Shown: piece by piece, positions 1 to 9,764 of the stretch
How positions within the stretch are numbered: the stretch's first letter is position 1
Layout of the letters: every line of letters starts with the position of its first letter
Assembly (NCBI GenBank): GCA_003483745.1
Contig: DMYD01000042.1
Location: 101,212 to 165,211 of the forward strand
Source of the DNA: Roseburia sp.
GTDB lineage: Bacteria > Bacillota > Clostridia > Lachnospirales > Lachnospiraceae
DNA: 64,000 nt
Direction: 5' to 3'
The notes under the pieces: model-generated
Databases searched by the model: none
What the model was told of the DNA's origin: nothing
Seen by the model: only the letters and a program-made list of their open reading frames with translations
Position numbers and translations under genes: made by a program

Positions 1-1
1 G

Positions 2-817
2 GAACATGGCTGGTATGACAGCAAGCCGGTGGATTTTAAACGCTGGCGTGAGATTCTGTTTGCTTCCCAAAAAGAGATGGAGGGTATTGGATTCAAAGCA
101 AATATCATCGAAAATCATGATGAGCCGAGAGGTGCGAGCCGTTATCTTCCGGAATATGCACAGAATGAGATGGGCAAAAAAATGCTTGCTACGACTTCCA
201 TCCTGCTGCGTGGAATCCCATTTATCTATCAGGGACAGGAAATCGGTATGACAAACTGTCATAGAAGTGATATTTCAGAATATGATGATATCAGTACAAA
301 AGATCAGTATCAGAGTGCAATCGAAGCCGGCTGCACGAAAGAGGAGGCATTGGCATGCTGCTATGAAAACAGCAGGGATAATGCCCGCACGCCAATGCAG
401 TGGAGCGCAGATGAGAATGGCGGTTTTAGCACACATGCACCATGGCTTGCGATGAATCCGAATTATAAAGAAATCAATGTCAGCGAGCAGGAGGGAAGGG
501 AAGGCTCTGTACTTTCCTATTATAAAGAGCTGATCGCACTGCGCAAATCACCGGAATATAAAGAAACATTTGTATACGGAAATGTGGAGCCGGTTTACGA
601 AGATACAGATACGGTGTTTGGATTTATGCGCATGGGTAAAGAAAACGGACAGAAAATACTTGTGGCAGCAAATTATGGAACAGATGCAGTAAAATTATCA
701 CTGCCTGGAACTGCGGAAAAAATATTGCTGTCAAATGCTGGAAGGAACGAACTGGCAGATGCAGATCATATTACATTAGAGAGCCTTGAAGCAGCAGTCA
801 TTTTGATGAAAGCATAA
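2..817 (+). CDS. GH13 alpha-glucosidase / oligo-1,6-glucosidase family protein, C-terminal part (5' end outside the window)
   Basis: The frame is open to the window start. Motifs IENHDEPRG and FIYQGQEIGMTN are typical of the C-terminal region of GH13 oligo-1,6-glucosidases. Confidence 0.7.
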   Translation, partial: EHGWYDSKPVDFKRWREILFASQKEMEGIGFKANIIENHDEPRGASRYLPEYAQNEMGKKMLATTSILLRGIPFIYQGQEIGMTNCHRSDISEYDDISTKDQYQSAIEAGCTKEEALACCYENSRDNARTPMQWSADENGGFSTHAPWLAMNPNYKEINVSEQEGREGSVLSYYKELIALRKSPEYKETFVYGNVEPVYEDTDTVFGFMRMGKENGQKILVAANYGTDAVKLSLPGTAEKILLSNAGRNELADADHITLESLEAAVILMKA

Positions 818-847
818 CAAGTAATCTGCAACGGTAAGACTATACGC

Positions 848-880
848 AATCAAAGATTACATATAATCAAAGATTACATA
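848..880. repeat. Tandem direct repeat (2 x 16 nt, aatcaaagattacata, 17-bp period) upstream of the Na/Pi transporter gene, followed by a TTGACA hexamer
   Basis: Read directly from the sequence. Each copy contains TTACAT, resembling direct-repeat binding sites of response regulators (for example Pho boxes). Confidence 0.4.
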
Positions 881-1050
881 AAATTGACAAAAATTTTATA
901 AAAAGAATACAGGAAGCGTTAAGAATCCGATATCCCGGTTGACGGTGAAAAATACGTCTGATATGTTGAGTAAGTATGTTGCAAAGCAGCAGAAATGTGT
1001 CCGCAAGGACAGGATAAAAATGCTGCAATAACCAAAAAAAGAGGGATAAA

Positions 1051-2688
1051 ATGGGAGCAAAAGAATTTGCATCATTGTTAGGAGGCTTGGCGCTTTTTCT
1101 GTATGGCATGAATATGATGAGCCAGGGGATGGAAGCTGCTGCCGGAAACAAAATGAAACAGATCTTAGAACGCCTGACAACAAATCGCTACTTAGGTGTT
1201 TTAGTTGGAGCGGTGATCACTGCGATCATACAGTCATCATCCGCAACAACAGTCATGGTAGTTGGTTTTGTTAATTCGGGTATGATGACACTGCGTCAGG
1301 CAGTGGGTGTGATCATGGGTGCCAATATCGGTACGACGATCACAGGGCAGTTGATTGCACTTGATGCCGGAGCAGTCGCACCGTTTATTGCATTTTTAGG
1401 TGTTGTACTGGTTGTCTTCTTAAAACAGCCAAAGGTAAGAAATGTTGGAGGCATTTTAGCAGGGCTTGGTGTCCTTTTTATTGGAATGGAAATGATGAGC
1501 ACTGCAATGATGCCGCTTCGGGATTCCAAGGCGTTTATTGATATGATGACGAAATTTTCAAATCCGCTGCTTGGCATCTTGGCAGGTGCGGTTTTTACAG
1601 CGTTGATCCAGTCATCATCTGCGTCGGTCGGAATTCTTCAAGCGTTGGCGGCAAGCGGCGCGATTTCCTTTTCCGGGGCGGTGTATGTATTGTTTGGACA
1701 AAACATTGGTACCTGTATTACGGCGGTGTTAGCGTCCATTGGCACAGGGCGGAACGCAAAGCGGACAACGATCATCCATCTTTCGTTTAACATTATAGGA
1801 ACGGCAGTTTTTACCATACTCTGTATGCTGACACCGCTGACTTCCTGGGTGGGAGGATTTACACCGGCAAATCCGGCTGCACAGATCGCCAATATGCATA
1901 CGCTGTTTAATATCGTGACAACGATATTGCTGTTACCGGCAGGAAATCTTCTGGCAAAACTGGCAGAGAAGATTCTGCCGGACGTGGACGAGCCTGAGGA
2001 AGGCATGTATTTAAAATACTTAAAAAATACGAAACCGGTGACAGCGGGGAAAATCGGAGTATCAGCGATCAATTTTGAACTGACGCACAAAGAGATTGCA
2101 AGAATGCTTGGGATTGCAAAGAAAAATGTTTCAGACAGTTTTGTGGCATTTTTAAACTGTGATGATGGATTTATTCCGAAAGTAGAAGAAAAAGAAGAAT
2201 ATGTGGATTTTTTAAACCGGGAGATTTCAAAGTACATATCCACAAATATGGCACATGAGACCAACACACAGGGAAGCAGGATTTTAAGTGCCTATTTTAA
2301 AGTGACCAGCAACGTAGAAAGAATCAGTGATCACGCAATGAATATCTGCGGGTATTCGGAGTGGCTGAAAGAAAAAGATGTCAGGTTTTCAAAGGAAGTA
2401 CGGGAAGAAATCCTGCAGATGCAGCAGACCTGCGAGGAACTTCTGACTTTGCTTTTAAATGAACATATGGAAGCACTGGATGAATTAAGCCGTGTCTCAG
2501 CACTCGAACAAAAGATGGATGACATGACAGAAGATTATAGAAATCGTATGATGCACCGGATCCAGGAAGGAACTGCATCTGGTGAGGGGAGTGTTCTCTA
2601 CACGGAAATGCTCACTGATTTTGAAAGAATCGGAGATCATGCATTGAATATTGCACAAGAGATGACGGAAGTAAGGTTGGCAGAATAA
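1051..2688 (+). CDS. Na+/phosphate cotransporter family protein with C-terminal PhoU-like domains
   Basis: 545 aa. The N-terminal half is polytopic with the duplicated QSSSAT/QSSSAS motifs of the Na/Pi-cotransporter II-related family. The C-terminal half is soluble with paired ERI(S/G)DHA(M/L)NI PhoU-type helices. A good RBS is present (aaagagggataaaATG). Confidence 0.8.
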   Translation: MGAKEFASLLGGLALFLYGMNMMSQGMEAAAGNKMKQILERLTTNRYLGVLVGAVITAIIQSSSATTVMVVGFVNSGMMTLRQAVGVIMGANIGTTITGQLIALDAGAVAPFIAFLGVVLVVFLKQPKVRNVGGILAGLGVLFIGMEMMSTAMMPLRDSKAFIDMMTKFSNPLLGILAGAVFTALIQSSSASVGILQALAASGAISFSGAVYVLFGQNIGTCITAVLASIGTGRNAKRTTIIHLSFNIIGTAVFTILCMLTPLTSWVGGFTPANPAAQIANMHTLFNIVTTILLLPAGNLLAKLAEKILPDVDEPEEGMYLKYLKNTKPVTAGKIGVSAINFELTHKEIARMLGIAKKNVSDSFVAFLNCDDGFIPKVEEKEEYVDFLNREISKYISTNMAHETNTQGSRILSAYFKVTSNVERISDHAMNICGYSEWLKEKDVRFSKEVREEILQMQQTCEELLTLLLNEHMEALDELSRVSALEQKMDDMTEDYRNRMMHRIQEGTASGEGSVLYTEMLTDFERIGDHALNIAQEMTEVRLAE

Positions 2689-2707
2689 CAGGATTTGGAG
2701 GAAAAAT

Positions 2708-3553
2708 ATGTCATTTTTAAAAGATGTGCTGCGAGGGATTGCAATCGGTGTTGCAAATATCATTCCGGGTGTCAGCGGAGGAACCATGATGGTTTCCATG
2801 GGAATATACGGGGATGTGATCTCTGCGGTGACAGAAATGCCAAAGCATTTCTTAAAGAGCGTAAAATTTTTGCTGCCGTATGCAGTCGGAATGTTGTGTG
2901 GAATCGGGGGATTGTCATTTGTGATCGGATACTTCTTTCAGGAGTTTCCGTTTGAAACGGCAATGTTGTTTATCGGTCTGATCTTTGGAGGAGTACCACT
3001 TTTGCTGCCAAAAGTAATGGGAAAACGTGTTTCATTTTCGGAAGGGCTGTTATTTTTATTGTTCTTTGGGCTGGTTGTCTGGATGCAGTTCTGGAAACAG
3101 GGGGCGGATGTTTCCTTAGAACCCGGCATACAAAGCAGCATTTCACTGTTTCTGGTCGGAACGGTAGCTGCTGCAACGATGGTTATTCCCGGAGTCAGCG
3201 GTTCAATGTTATTAATGTCCCTTGGATATTATACGCCGGTCATAAACAGAATCAGCGGATTTTTGGCAGCATTGCCGGATCTTGAGTGGGAAGAACTGTT
3301 TTCCTGTGCGGCAGTACTCATTCCGTTTGGCATCGGTGTGGTGCTTGGAATATTCCTTGTATCAAAACTTGTAGAATATTTATTAAAAAAACAGGAGCGG
3401 AGGACATATTTTGCGATTATGGGACTGGTTATATCATCGCCGATTGCGGTGTTGTCCGGAATGAATATCGCATCCATCGGTTTGGGACAGCTTCTGCTTG
3501 GAATATTACTTTTTATTGGCGGTTTTTTTGCTGCGAATATGCTTGGAAAATAA
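2708..3553 (+). CDS. DUF368 family membrane protein (polyprenyl-phosphate / undecaprenyl-phosphate transporter-like)
   Basis: 281 aa polytopic protein. A duplicated IPGVSG(G/S) motif is characteristic of DUF368. The RBS GGAGGAAAAATATG is present. Confidence 0.7.
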   Translation: MSFLKDVLRGIAIGVANIIPGVSGGTMMVSMGIYGDVISAVTEMPKHFLKSVKFLLPYAVGMLCGIGGLSFVIGYFFQEFPFETAMLFIGLIFGGVPLLLPKVMGKRVSFSEGLLFLLFFGLVVWMQFWKQGADVSLEPGIQSSISLFLVGTVAAATMVIPGVSGSMLLMSLGYYTPVINRISGFLAALPDLEWEELFSCAAVLIPFGIGVVLGIFLVSKLVEYLLKKQERRTYFAIMGLVISSPIAVLSGMNIASIGLGQLLLGILLFIGGFFAANMLGK

Positions 3554-3696
3554 AATAGTAAAATATAAGTGAAAATAATCAGATAATATAAAAAAAAGTG
3601 CGAAAAAATTAATCAATTTTTTTGCGCTTTTTTATTTGAAAAATAGAAAAATGTGTTACAATAGATAAGTACTAACGATTACCTTGGGGGTATTGT

Positions 3697-4689
3697 ATGC
3701 AGGATAAAGATTCAGAAGTGTTGAATCACCAGCGGAAACGGAGAAAGAGAATTGCAAGAATCCGAAACGGTATTATCTTGATCGTGGCAGGATGGATCGC
3801 TCTTTCCATGATCCTGATCGTGACACTGTTTTTCAAGATGGTGTCACTGGAACATAAGATAGACCGGCTGGTGACGAGCAGTAGTGAACAGAATACGGAT
3901 CAGATCAATGCAGGCGCAGCGGCAAAGTTAAATGGCGGTGTGATAGCAGAAGAAACAGAAGAGACGGAAGTTATTCAGACGGAGATGACCTGGGATAAGG
4001 TGACACCTCCTGCCACAGGCATACCCGATGAGGATAATATGGCATCGGAGGGCGATTTACATAAAGTATATTTAACATTTGACAATGTACCGTCGGAACA
4101 TACATCCGAGATTTTAGATGTATTGGAAGAATATAATGTAAAAGCTACTTTCTTTGTAAATGGAAGCCAGGACGAAGAAATGATTCCGGTTTACCAGCGC
4201 ATCGTAGATGAGGGTCATACACTTGGCATGAATTCTTATTCTAACCAGTATAGTGTAATCTACCAGTCGGAAGATGCATTTAAACAGGATTATATGACAC
4301 TGAAGAATTTCTTGAAGCAGACCACGGGAGTGGACAGTCTTTATTATCGTTTCCCAGGAGGAAGCAGCAATCTCATCAGTAATGTGCCGATGGAATATTT
4401 TATACATTATCTTAATACGCAGGGAATTATCTACTATGACTGGAATGTATCGGCAGGAGATGGGGCTTCGACTGCATATACATCTGAGGAAATAGTTGAA
4501 AATGTGACAGATGATGTAGTAAAATATAAAACGTCGGTGGTTTTACTGCATGATGGAACAGATAAGTCAGCAACGGTAGAAGCTTTAGGACCTTTGATTG
4601 AGGCTTTAGAGGGAATGGGCGCACAAATATTACCGATTGATGAAGATACACAGGTTATTCAGTATGTGAAAGCAGACACAGTGGAATAA
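3697..4689 (+). CDS. Polysaccharide deacetylase family protein (NodB-homology domain), N-terminally membrane anchored
   Basis: Basic N-terminus plus one TM, then TFDNVPSEHTSEILDVLEEYNVKATFFVNG, which is typical of the NodB catalytic motif 1 region. Confidence 0.7.
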   Translation: MQDKDSEVLNHQRKRRKRIARIRNGIILIVAGWIALSMILIVTLFFKMVSLEHKIDRLVTSSSEQNTDQINAGAAAKLNGGVIAEETEETEVIQTEMTWDKVTPPATGIPDEDNMASEGDLHKVYLTFDNVPSEHTSEILDVLEEYNVKATFFVNGSQDEEMIPVYQRIVDEGHTLGMNSYSNQYSVIYQSEDAFKQDYMTLKNFLKQTTGVDSLYYRFPGGSSNLISNVPMEYFIHYLNTQGIIYYDWNVSAGDGASTAYTSEEIVENVTDDVVKYKTSVVLLHDGTDKSATVEALGPLIEALEGMGAQILPIDEDTQVIQYVKADTVE

Positions 4690-4713
4690 CTGAGAATAAA
4701 TGGAGGAATGAAC

Positions 4714-5565
4714 ATGGGATTTTTCAAGGATTTTAAAGATGACTTCTCACAGGCAGTCAATGAATTGATGCCTGCAGATGACAGCCTGGAAACCGGCACT
4801 AACGAAGATGACGTTGTTGTTAACACGCTAGAAGGGGAAGTGGATGTTGAAACAGAGCTCTCCAAGTTAGATGGCCTGTTAGAACAGGTGACAAAGCAGG
4901 AAGCCGAGAAGGCAGCTGCAGCAAGGAGTGCCGCAGAAATGGCAGCGCAGAATGCAAGTGTACAGCCGGAAAAAGTGGCAGAACCTGTACCGGAAAAAAC
5001 TGAAACAGTTTTAAATATTAAAAAAGCAACCCAGGAGGAAAGAAAAATGGCTGACAATACAACAGCACCTGTAACTAATAACCAGAGCACACCGGTATCT
5101 GATGAGGTATCCATAATCACAGAGGGAACAATCATCAAAGGTGATATCGTATCAAACGGTTCTTTAGATGTAAGAGGACAGGTAGAAGGAAATGTAGGAT
5201 GCAACGGCAAATTAGTTGTAACCGGTGTCGTAAATGGAAACAGCAGTGCATCTGAGTTCTTTGCAGATGCAGCAAAGATTGAGGGAGAGGTTGTCAGCAC
5301 AGGAACCGTTAAAATTGGTCTTGGTTCAGTTATTATCGGTAATGTGACTTCTACTTCTGCAGTAATCGCCGGAGCTATCAAAGGTGATATCGATGTACAG
5401 GGACCGGTTGTTGTAGATACATCCGCAGTTGTTATGGGTAATATCAAATCACGTTCCGTGCAGATCAACAACGGTGCAGTGATCGAGGGATTCTGTTCAC
5501 AGTGCTACTCTGACGTGGATGTACAGAGCCTGTTTAACAGCAATGTTCAGAAAGGAAACGAATAA
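4714..5565 (+). CDS. Bactofilin family cytoskeletal protein with acidic/low-complexity N-terminal extension
   Basis: The C-terminal half has repeated G-x-I/V-x-G beta-helix repeats typical of the bactofilin (DUF583) domain (IIKGDIVSNGSLDVRGQVEGNVGCNGKLVVTGVVNG). The start was placed at the second ATG, which has proper spacing from GGAGGAA. Confidence 0.65.
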   Translation: MGFFKDFKDDFSQAVNELMPADDSLETGTNEDDVVVNTLEGEVDVETELSKLDGLLEQVTKQEAEKAAAARSAAEMAAQNASVQPEKVAEPVPEKTETVLNIKKATQEERKMADNTTAPVTNNQSTPVSDEVSIITEGTIIKGDIVSNGSLDVRGQVEGNVGCNGKLVVTGVVNGNSSASEFFADAAKIEGEVVSTGTVKIGLGSVIIGNVTSTSAVIAGAIKGDIDVQGPVVVDTSAVVMGNIKSRSVQINNGAVIEGFCSQCYSDVDVQSLFNSNVQKGNE

Positions 5566-5571
5566 TCGGAT

Positions 5572-6267
5572 ATGAAAAGAGTATTCTTGAAATTGAGCGG
5601 TGAAGCTTTAGCCGGTGAAAAACATACCGGATTTGATGAGCCGACTGTCACAGAAGTAGCGAGACAGGTAAAACAGATCACAGACCAGGGAATTCAGGTT
5701 GGCATTGTGATTGGCGGAGGTAATTTCTGGAGAGGAAGAACCAGTGAGACTATCGACCGTACCAAGGCAGACCAGATCGGAATGCTCGCTACGATTATGA
5801 ATTGTATCTATGTTTCTGAAATTTTCCGTTCTGTTGGAATGAAAACACAGATTCTGACACCGTTTGAGTGCGGAAGCATGACCAAATTATTTTCAAAAGA
5901 TCGTGCAAACAAATATTTTGAAAAAGGTATGGTTGTATTTTTTGCAGGAGGAACCGGACATCCGTATTTTTCAACTGATACAGGTATTGTGCTTCGTGCA
6001 ATCGAAATGGAGGCAGAGGGTATCTATCTTGCAAAGGCGATTGACGGTGTTTATGACAGTGATCCGAAGATCAACCCTTCCGCAGTGAAATACAGTGAAG
6101 TATCCATACAGGAAGTTATCGATCGTAAACTTGCAGTGGTTGACCTGACTGCGTCAATCATGTGTATGGAAAATAAAATGCCAATGTTCGTTTTTGGATT
6201 GAATGAGGAAAACAGCATTGTGAAAGCCATGACAGGCGATTTTAACGGTACAAAAGTAACCGTATAG
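5572..6267 (+). CDS. pyrH: UMP kinase
   Basis: MKRVFLKLSGEALAG...GGGNFWRG, a canonical PyrH. The conserved pyrH-frr order is present. Confidence 0.95.
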   Translation: MKRVFLKLSGEALAGEKHTGFDEPTVTEVARQVKQITDQGIQVGIVIGGGNFWRGRTSETIDRTKADQIGMLATIMNCIYVSEIFRSVGMKTQILTPFECGSMTKLFSKDRANKYFEKGMVVFFAGGTGHPYFSTDTGIVLRAIEMEAEGIYLAKAIDGVYDSDPKINPSAVKYSEVSIQEVIDRKLAVVDLTASIMCMENKMPMFVFGLNEENSIVKAMTGDFNGTKVTV

Positions 6268-6341
6268 CTTATGGACGATAGAATATTCGCAAAGTGTGCA
6301 TTCTATTGTAATAAAAACCGCGAAAGGTATGGAATGAAAAT

Positions 6342-6896
6342 ATGGATGAGAGATTAGTTCAGTTTGATGAAAAAATGCAAAAAACAATGAATAACCTGTC
6401 AGAGGAATTCGGAAGCATCCGTGCCGGACGTGCCAATCCGCATGTTCTTGACAAGTTAAGAGTTGATTATTATGGAACACCAACCGCAATCCAGCAGGTG
6501 GCAAACGTCAATGTTCCGGAACCGAGAATGATTCAGATCCAGCCATGGGAAGCATCTATGGTAAAAGAGATTGAAAAAGCAATCTTAACATCAGATCTTG
6601 GAATCAATCCTACAAACGATGGAAAAGTGATCCGCCTTCTTTTCCCGGAACTCACAGAAGAAAGACGTAAGGAACTGGCAAAGGATGTTAAGAAAAAAGG
6701 CGAGAACGCAAAAGTTGCAATTCGTAATATCCGCCGTGATGCCAATGATTCTTTCAAAAAATTAAGCAAGTCTGCAGATGTGTCCGAGGACGAAGTGAAA
6801 GAGTTAGAGGACGGCGCACAGAAAATGACAGATAAATATATCACGGAGATCGACAAGGCTGTTGAGGCAAAAACAAAAGAAATCCTGACAGTATAA
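6342..6896 (+). CDS. frr: Ribosome recycling factor
   Basis: 184 aa with VRAGRANPHVLDKL and a strong family match throughout. Confidence 0.95.
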   Translation: MDERLVQFDEKMQKTMNNLSEEFGSIRAGRANPHVLDKLRVDYYGTPTAIQQVANVNVPEPRMIQIQPWEASMVKEIEKAILTSDLGINPTNDGKVIRLLFPELTEERRKELAKDVKKKGENAKVAIRNIRRDANDSFKKLSKSADVSEDEVKELEDGAQKMTDKYITEIDKAVEAKTKEILTV

Positions 6897-6920
6897 GATA
6901 TTTTCGTGCAGGGCATAGAG

Positions 6921-6958
6921 GTGAGGACATGACAATGGCGTGTCCTCATTTTCACTTT
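6921..6958 (+). terminator. Hairpin (gaggaca...tgtcctc) followed by a T-rich tract between frr and uppS; probable partial terminator
   Basis: A 7-bp GC-containing stem with an 11-nt loop, followed by ATTTTCACTTT. Confidence 0.4.
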
Positions 6959-6991
6959 ATGTATGAATGCAGGGAAGAATGGAGGAATAGA

Positions 6992-7705
6992 ATGAAAATT
7001 CCACAGCATGTAGCAATTATTCTTGATGGAAATGGAAGATGGGCAAAAAGCAAAGGAATGCCAAGAAATTATGGTCATACAGTCGGAGCAAAAAATGTAG
7101 AAACCGTCTGCAAAGCAGCTCATGACATGGGAATCAAATATCTGACCATGTATGCTTTTTCAACAGAAAACTGGAACAGGCCGGAGGGCGAAGTAGCAGC
7201 ACTTATGAAGCTGTTAGAAAGTTACTTAAAGAACTGTATCAGGACAGCGGACAAAAATAATATGCGTGTACGTGTGATCGGGGATACTACCCGGTTGAGT
7301 GAACGTTTTCAGAAGCAGATCATAGAATTAGAGGCAGCTTCAAAGAAGAATGACGGACTGAATTTACAGATTGCCATTAATTACGGAAGCAGAGATGAGA
7401 TGATCCGGGCAATGCGAAAGCTGTATCAGGATATGGAGGATGGAAAACAGCAGTTATTAGAGCTAAACGAAGATATGTTTGCGTCCTATCTGGATACGGC
7501 AGGAATCCCGGACCCGGATCTTCTGATCCGTACCAGTGGGGAACAGAGGCTTTCTAATTATCTGCTGTGGCAGCTTGCATACAGCGAGTTTTATTTTACG
7601 GATGTACCATGGCCGGATTTTGGAAAAGAGGAATTAGAAAAAGCTGTGGAGGCGTATAATAAGAGAGACAGACGATTTGGCGGACTGACAGAGAATGCCA
7701 GATAG
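6992..7705 (+). CDS. uppS: Isoprenyl transferase (undecaprenyl diphosphate synthase)
   Basis: MKIPQHVAIILDGNGRWA is a canonical UppS N-terminus. The start was moved to the ATG preceded by GGAGGAATAG; the longer track ORF is an upstream extension. Confidence 0.9.
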   Translation: MKIPQHVAIILDGNGRWAKSKGMPRNYGHTVGAKNVETVCKAAHDMGIKYLTMYAFSTENWNRPEGEVAALMKLLESYLKNCIRTADKNNMRVRVIGDTTRLSERFQKQIIELEAASKKNDGLNLQIAINYGSRDEMIRAMRKLYQDMEDGKQQLLELNEDMFASYLDTAGIPDPDLLIRTSGEQRLSNYLLWQLAYSEFYFTDVPWPDFGKEELEKAVEAYNKRDRRFGGLTENAR

Positions 7706-7735
7706 ACCGAAAGAGGAAAGGGCAGGTTTTCATAT

Positions 7736-8542
7736 ATGTTTAAAACAAGACTGTTGAGCGGTATCGTTTTAGTAGCAGCCGCGTTGGTATTAATTATCAC
7801 GGGAGGAGATGTATTACTTTTTTCAACATTGATCATTTCATACATTGGTATGTTTGAATTATATCGTATCTTCCATGTTGAAAAAGAACTTCCGGGGATT
7901 GTGGGATATCTTGCAGCTACCGTATATTACTGTAATTTAAAATGGAATTTTCTTCCAGATCTTATGGTGGTTGTTCTTGGATTTTTGATCGTACTGATGT
8001 TTGCCTATGTGTTTACTTATCCAAAGTACAAAACAGAACAGATGTTAGCAGTATTTTTTGGCGTATTTTATGTTGCAGTGATGCTTTCTTATGTGTATCA
8101 GACAAGAATGCTTACCGCAGGTGCTTATATCGTATGGCTGATCTTTTTGTGTTCCTGGGGGTGTGATACCTGCGCATATTGTGTGGGAATGCTGATAGGA
8201 AAGCATAAGATGTCACCGAAATTAAGTCCGAAAAAATCTGTGGAAGGCGCAGTTGGCGGTGTGGTTGGAGCTGCACTTTTAACTGTGATCTACGGAATGA
8301 TCTTTAAAAATGCCATGGGTGTTACCACACAGCATGTATGGATCATGGCTGCGATCAGTGCAGTTGGTGCATTGATTTCTATGGTTGGTGACCTGACTGC
8401 TTCCGCGATCAAAAGAAATTATGAGATCAAGGATTATGGGAAACTGATTCCGGGACATGGTGGTATTTTAGACCGATTTGACAGTGTGATCTTTACAGCA
8501 CCGATCATTTATTTTCTTGCAGCAAATTTTATCGTATTATAA
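7736..8542 (+). CDS. cdsA: Phosphatidate cytidylyltransferase
   Basis: 268 aa polytopic protein with a C-terminal KRNYEIKDYGKLIPGHGGILDRFDS CdsA signature. The conserved uppS-cdsA-dxr order is present. Confidence 0.85.
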   Translation: MFKTRLLSGIVLVAAALVLIITGGDVLLFSTLIISYIGMFELYRIFHVEKELPGIVGYLAATVYYCNLKWNFLPDLMVVVLGFLIVLMFAYVFTYPKYKTEQMLAVFFGVFYVAVMLSYVYQTRMLTAGAYIVWLIFLCSWGCDTCAYCVGMLIGKHKMSPKLSPKKSVEGAVGGVVGAALLTVIYGMIFKNAMGVTTQHVWIMAAISAVGALISMVGDLTASAIKRNYEIKDYGKLIPGHGGILDRFDSVIFTAPIIYFLAANFIVL

Positions 8543-8590
8543 ACACAGGATATTAGTGCGAAAACAAGTTGTTTAGAAAAGAGGATTTGT

Positions 8591-9736
8591 ATGAAAAAAA
8601 TAGCAATCTTAGGCTCGACAGGTTCGATAGGAACACAGACACTTGATATTGTAAGAGAACAGAAAGATATCGAGGTCGTTGCGCTTGCAGCGGGAAGTAA
8701 TATTGCATTGTTAGAGCAGCAGATCAGGGAGTTTTCCCCGAAACTGGTATGCGTATTCAAAGAAGAAGCTGCAGAGGCATTAAAGATCAAAATTGCAGAT
8801 ACAGACACAAAAGTAGTCTCAAAGATGGAGGGACTGATCGATGTGGCGGTTCATCCGGAGAGCGAGATTTTAGTTACCGCAATCGTTGGCATGATGGGAA
8901 TCCGTCCAACAGTTGCCGCAATCAAAGCAGGCAAAAAAATTGCTCTGGCAAATAAAGAAACTCTTGTAACGGCAGGACATATTATCATTCCGCTGGCAAA
9001 GGAATATCATGTGCCGATCCTTCCGGTGGACAGCGAACACAGCGCAATTTTCCAGTCACTGCAGGGGAATGAAGGCAACCGTATTGAAAAAATACTTCTG
9101 ACGGCGTCCGGTGGACCATTCCGTGGAAAAAGCGCAGAAGATCTTGCAAATATGAAAGTAGAAGACGCCCTAAAGCATCCAAACTGGTCGATGGGAAGAA
9201 AGATAACCATTGACTCCTCAACACTGGTTAACAAGGGACTTGAGGTTATGGAGGCAAAGTGGCTTTTTGGTGTGGAATTAGATCAGATTGAAGTGGTCGT
9301 TCACCCACAGAGTGTGATTCATTCTGCTGTCCAATATGAGGATGGCGCAGTAATTGCACAGCTTGGAACACCGGATATGCGTCTGCCGATCCAGTATGCA
9401 CTCTATTATCCGGAGCGCAGAAAAATGTCAGGAAAGAGACTTGATCTTTTTGAACTGGGAAGTCTGACATTTGAGAAACCGGATACAAAGACATTTAGAG
9501 GATTGGCATTAGCATATGATGCAATGAGAAAGGGCGGCAGCCAGCCGACAGTATTTAATGCGGCAAATGAACGTGCTGTGGCAATGTTTTTAGACCAAAA
9601 GATCAGATATCCACAGATCACGGAGATCATTGAAGACTGTATGGAGCATGTGCCATATATCAGTGATCCGACATTAGAGGAAGTGCTGGCAACAGAACAG
9701 GCAGTGTACGAATATATCGGACAGAAATGGGCATAG
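8591..9736 (+). CDS. dxr: 1-deoxy-D-xylulose 5-phosphate reductoisomerase
   Basis: MKKIAILGSTGSIGTQTLDIV and LANKETLV motifs over 381 aa. Confidence 0.95.
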   Translation: MKKIAILGSTGSIGTQTLDIVREQKDIEVVALAAGSNIALLEQQIREFSPKLVCVFKEEAAEALKIKIADTDTKVVSKMEGLIDVAVHPESEILVTAIVGMMGIRPTVAAIKAGKKIALANKETLVTAGHIIIPLAKEYHVPILPVDSEHSAIFQSLQGNEGNRIEKILLTASGGPFRGKSAEDLANMKVEDALKHPNWSMGRKITIDSSTLVNKGLEVMEAKWLFGVELDQIEVVVHPQSVIHSAVQYEDGAVIAQLGTPDMRLPIQYALYYPERRKMSGKRLDLFELGSLTFEKPDTKTFRGLALAYDAMRKGGSQPTVFNAANERAVAMFLDQKIRYPQITEIIEDCMEHVPYISDPTLEEVLATEQAVYEYIGQKWA

Positions 9737-9764
9737 AGGCAGAATGGAAAGGTATTAGAAACGG

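Noticed and set aside
1638-2267. 209-aa minus-strand ORF inside the Na/Pi transporter gene.
   Set aside because: An antisense shadow ORF with no independent support.
4659-5471. 270-aa minus-strand ORF, rich in T/S/P/V low complexity.
   Set aside because: It is fully antisense to the bactofilin gene, has no RBS, and its low-complexity composition mirrors the repetitive bactofilin codons. It is a spurious shadow ORF.
6929-6991. N-terminal 21-codon extension of the uppS ORF in the track.
   Set aside because: The conserved UppS N-terminus begins at MKIPQHV, which has a canonical RBS. The extension overlaps the frr terminator hairpin.
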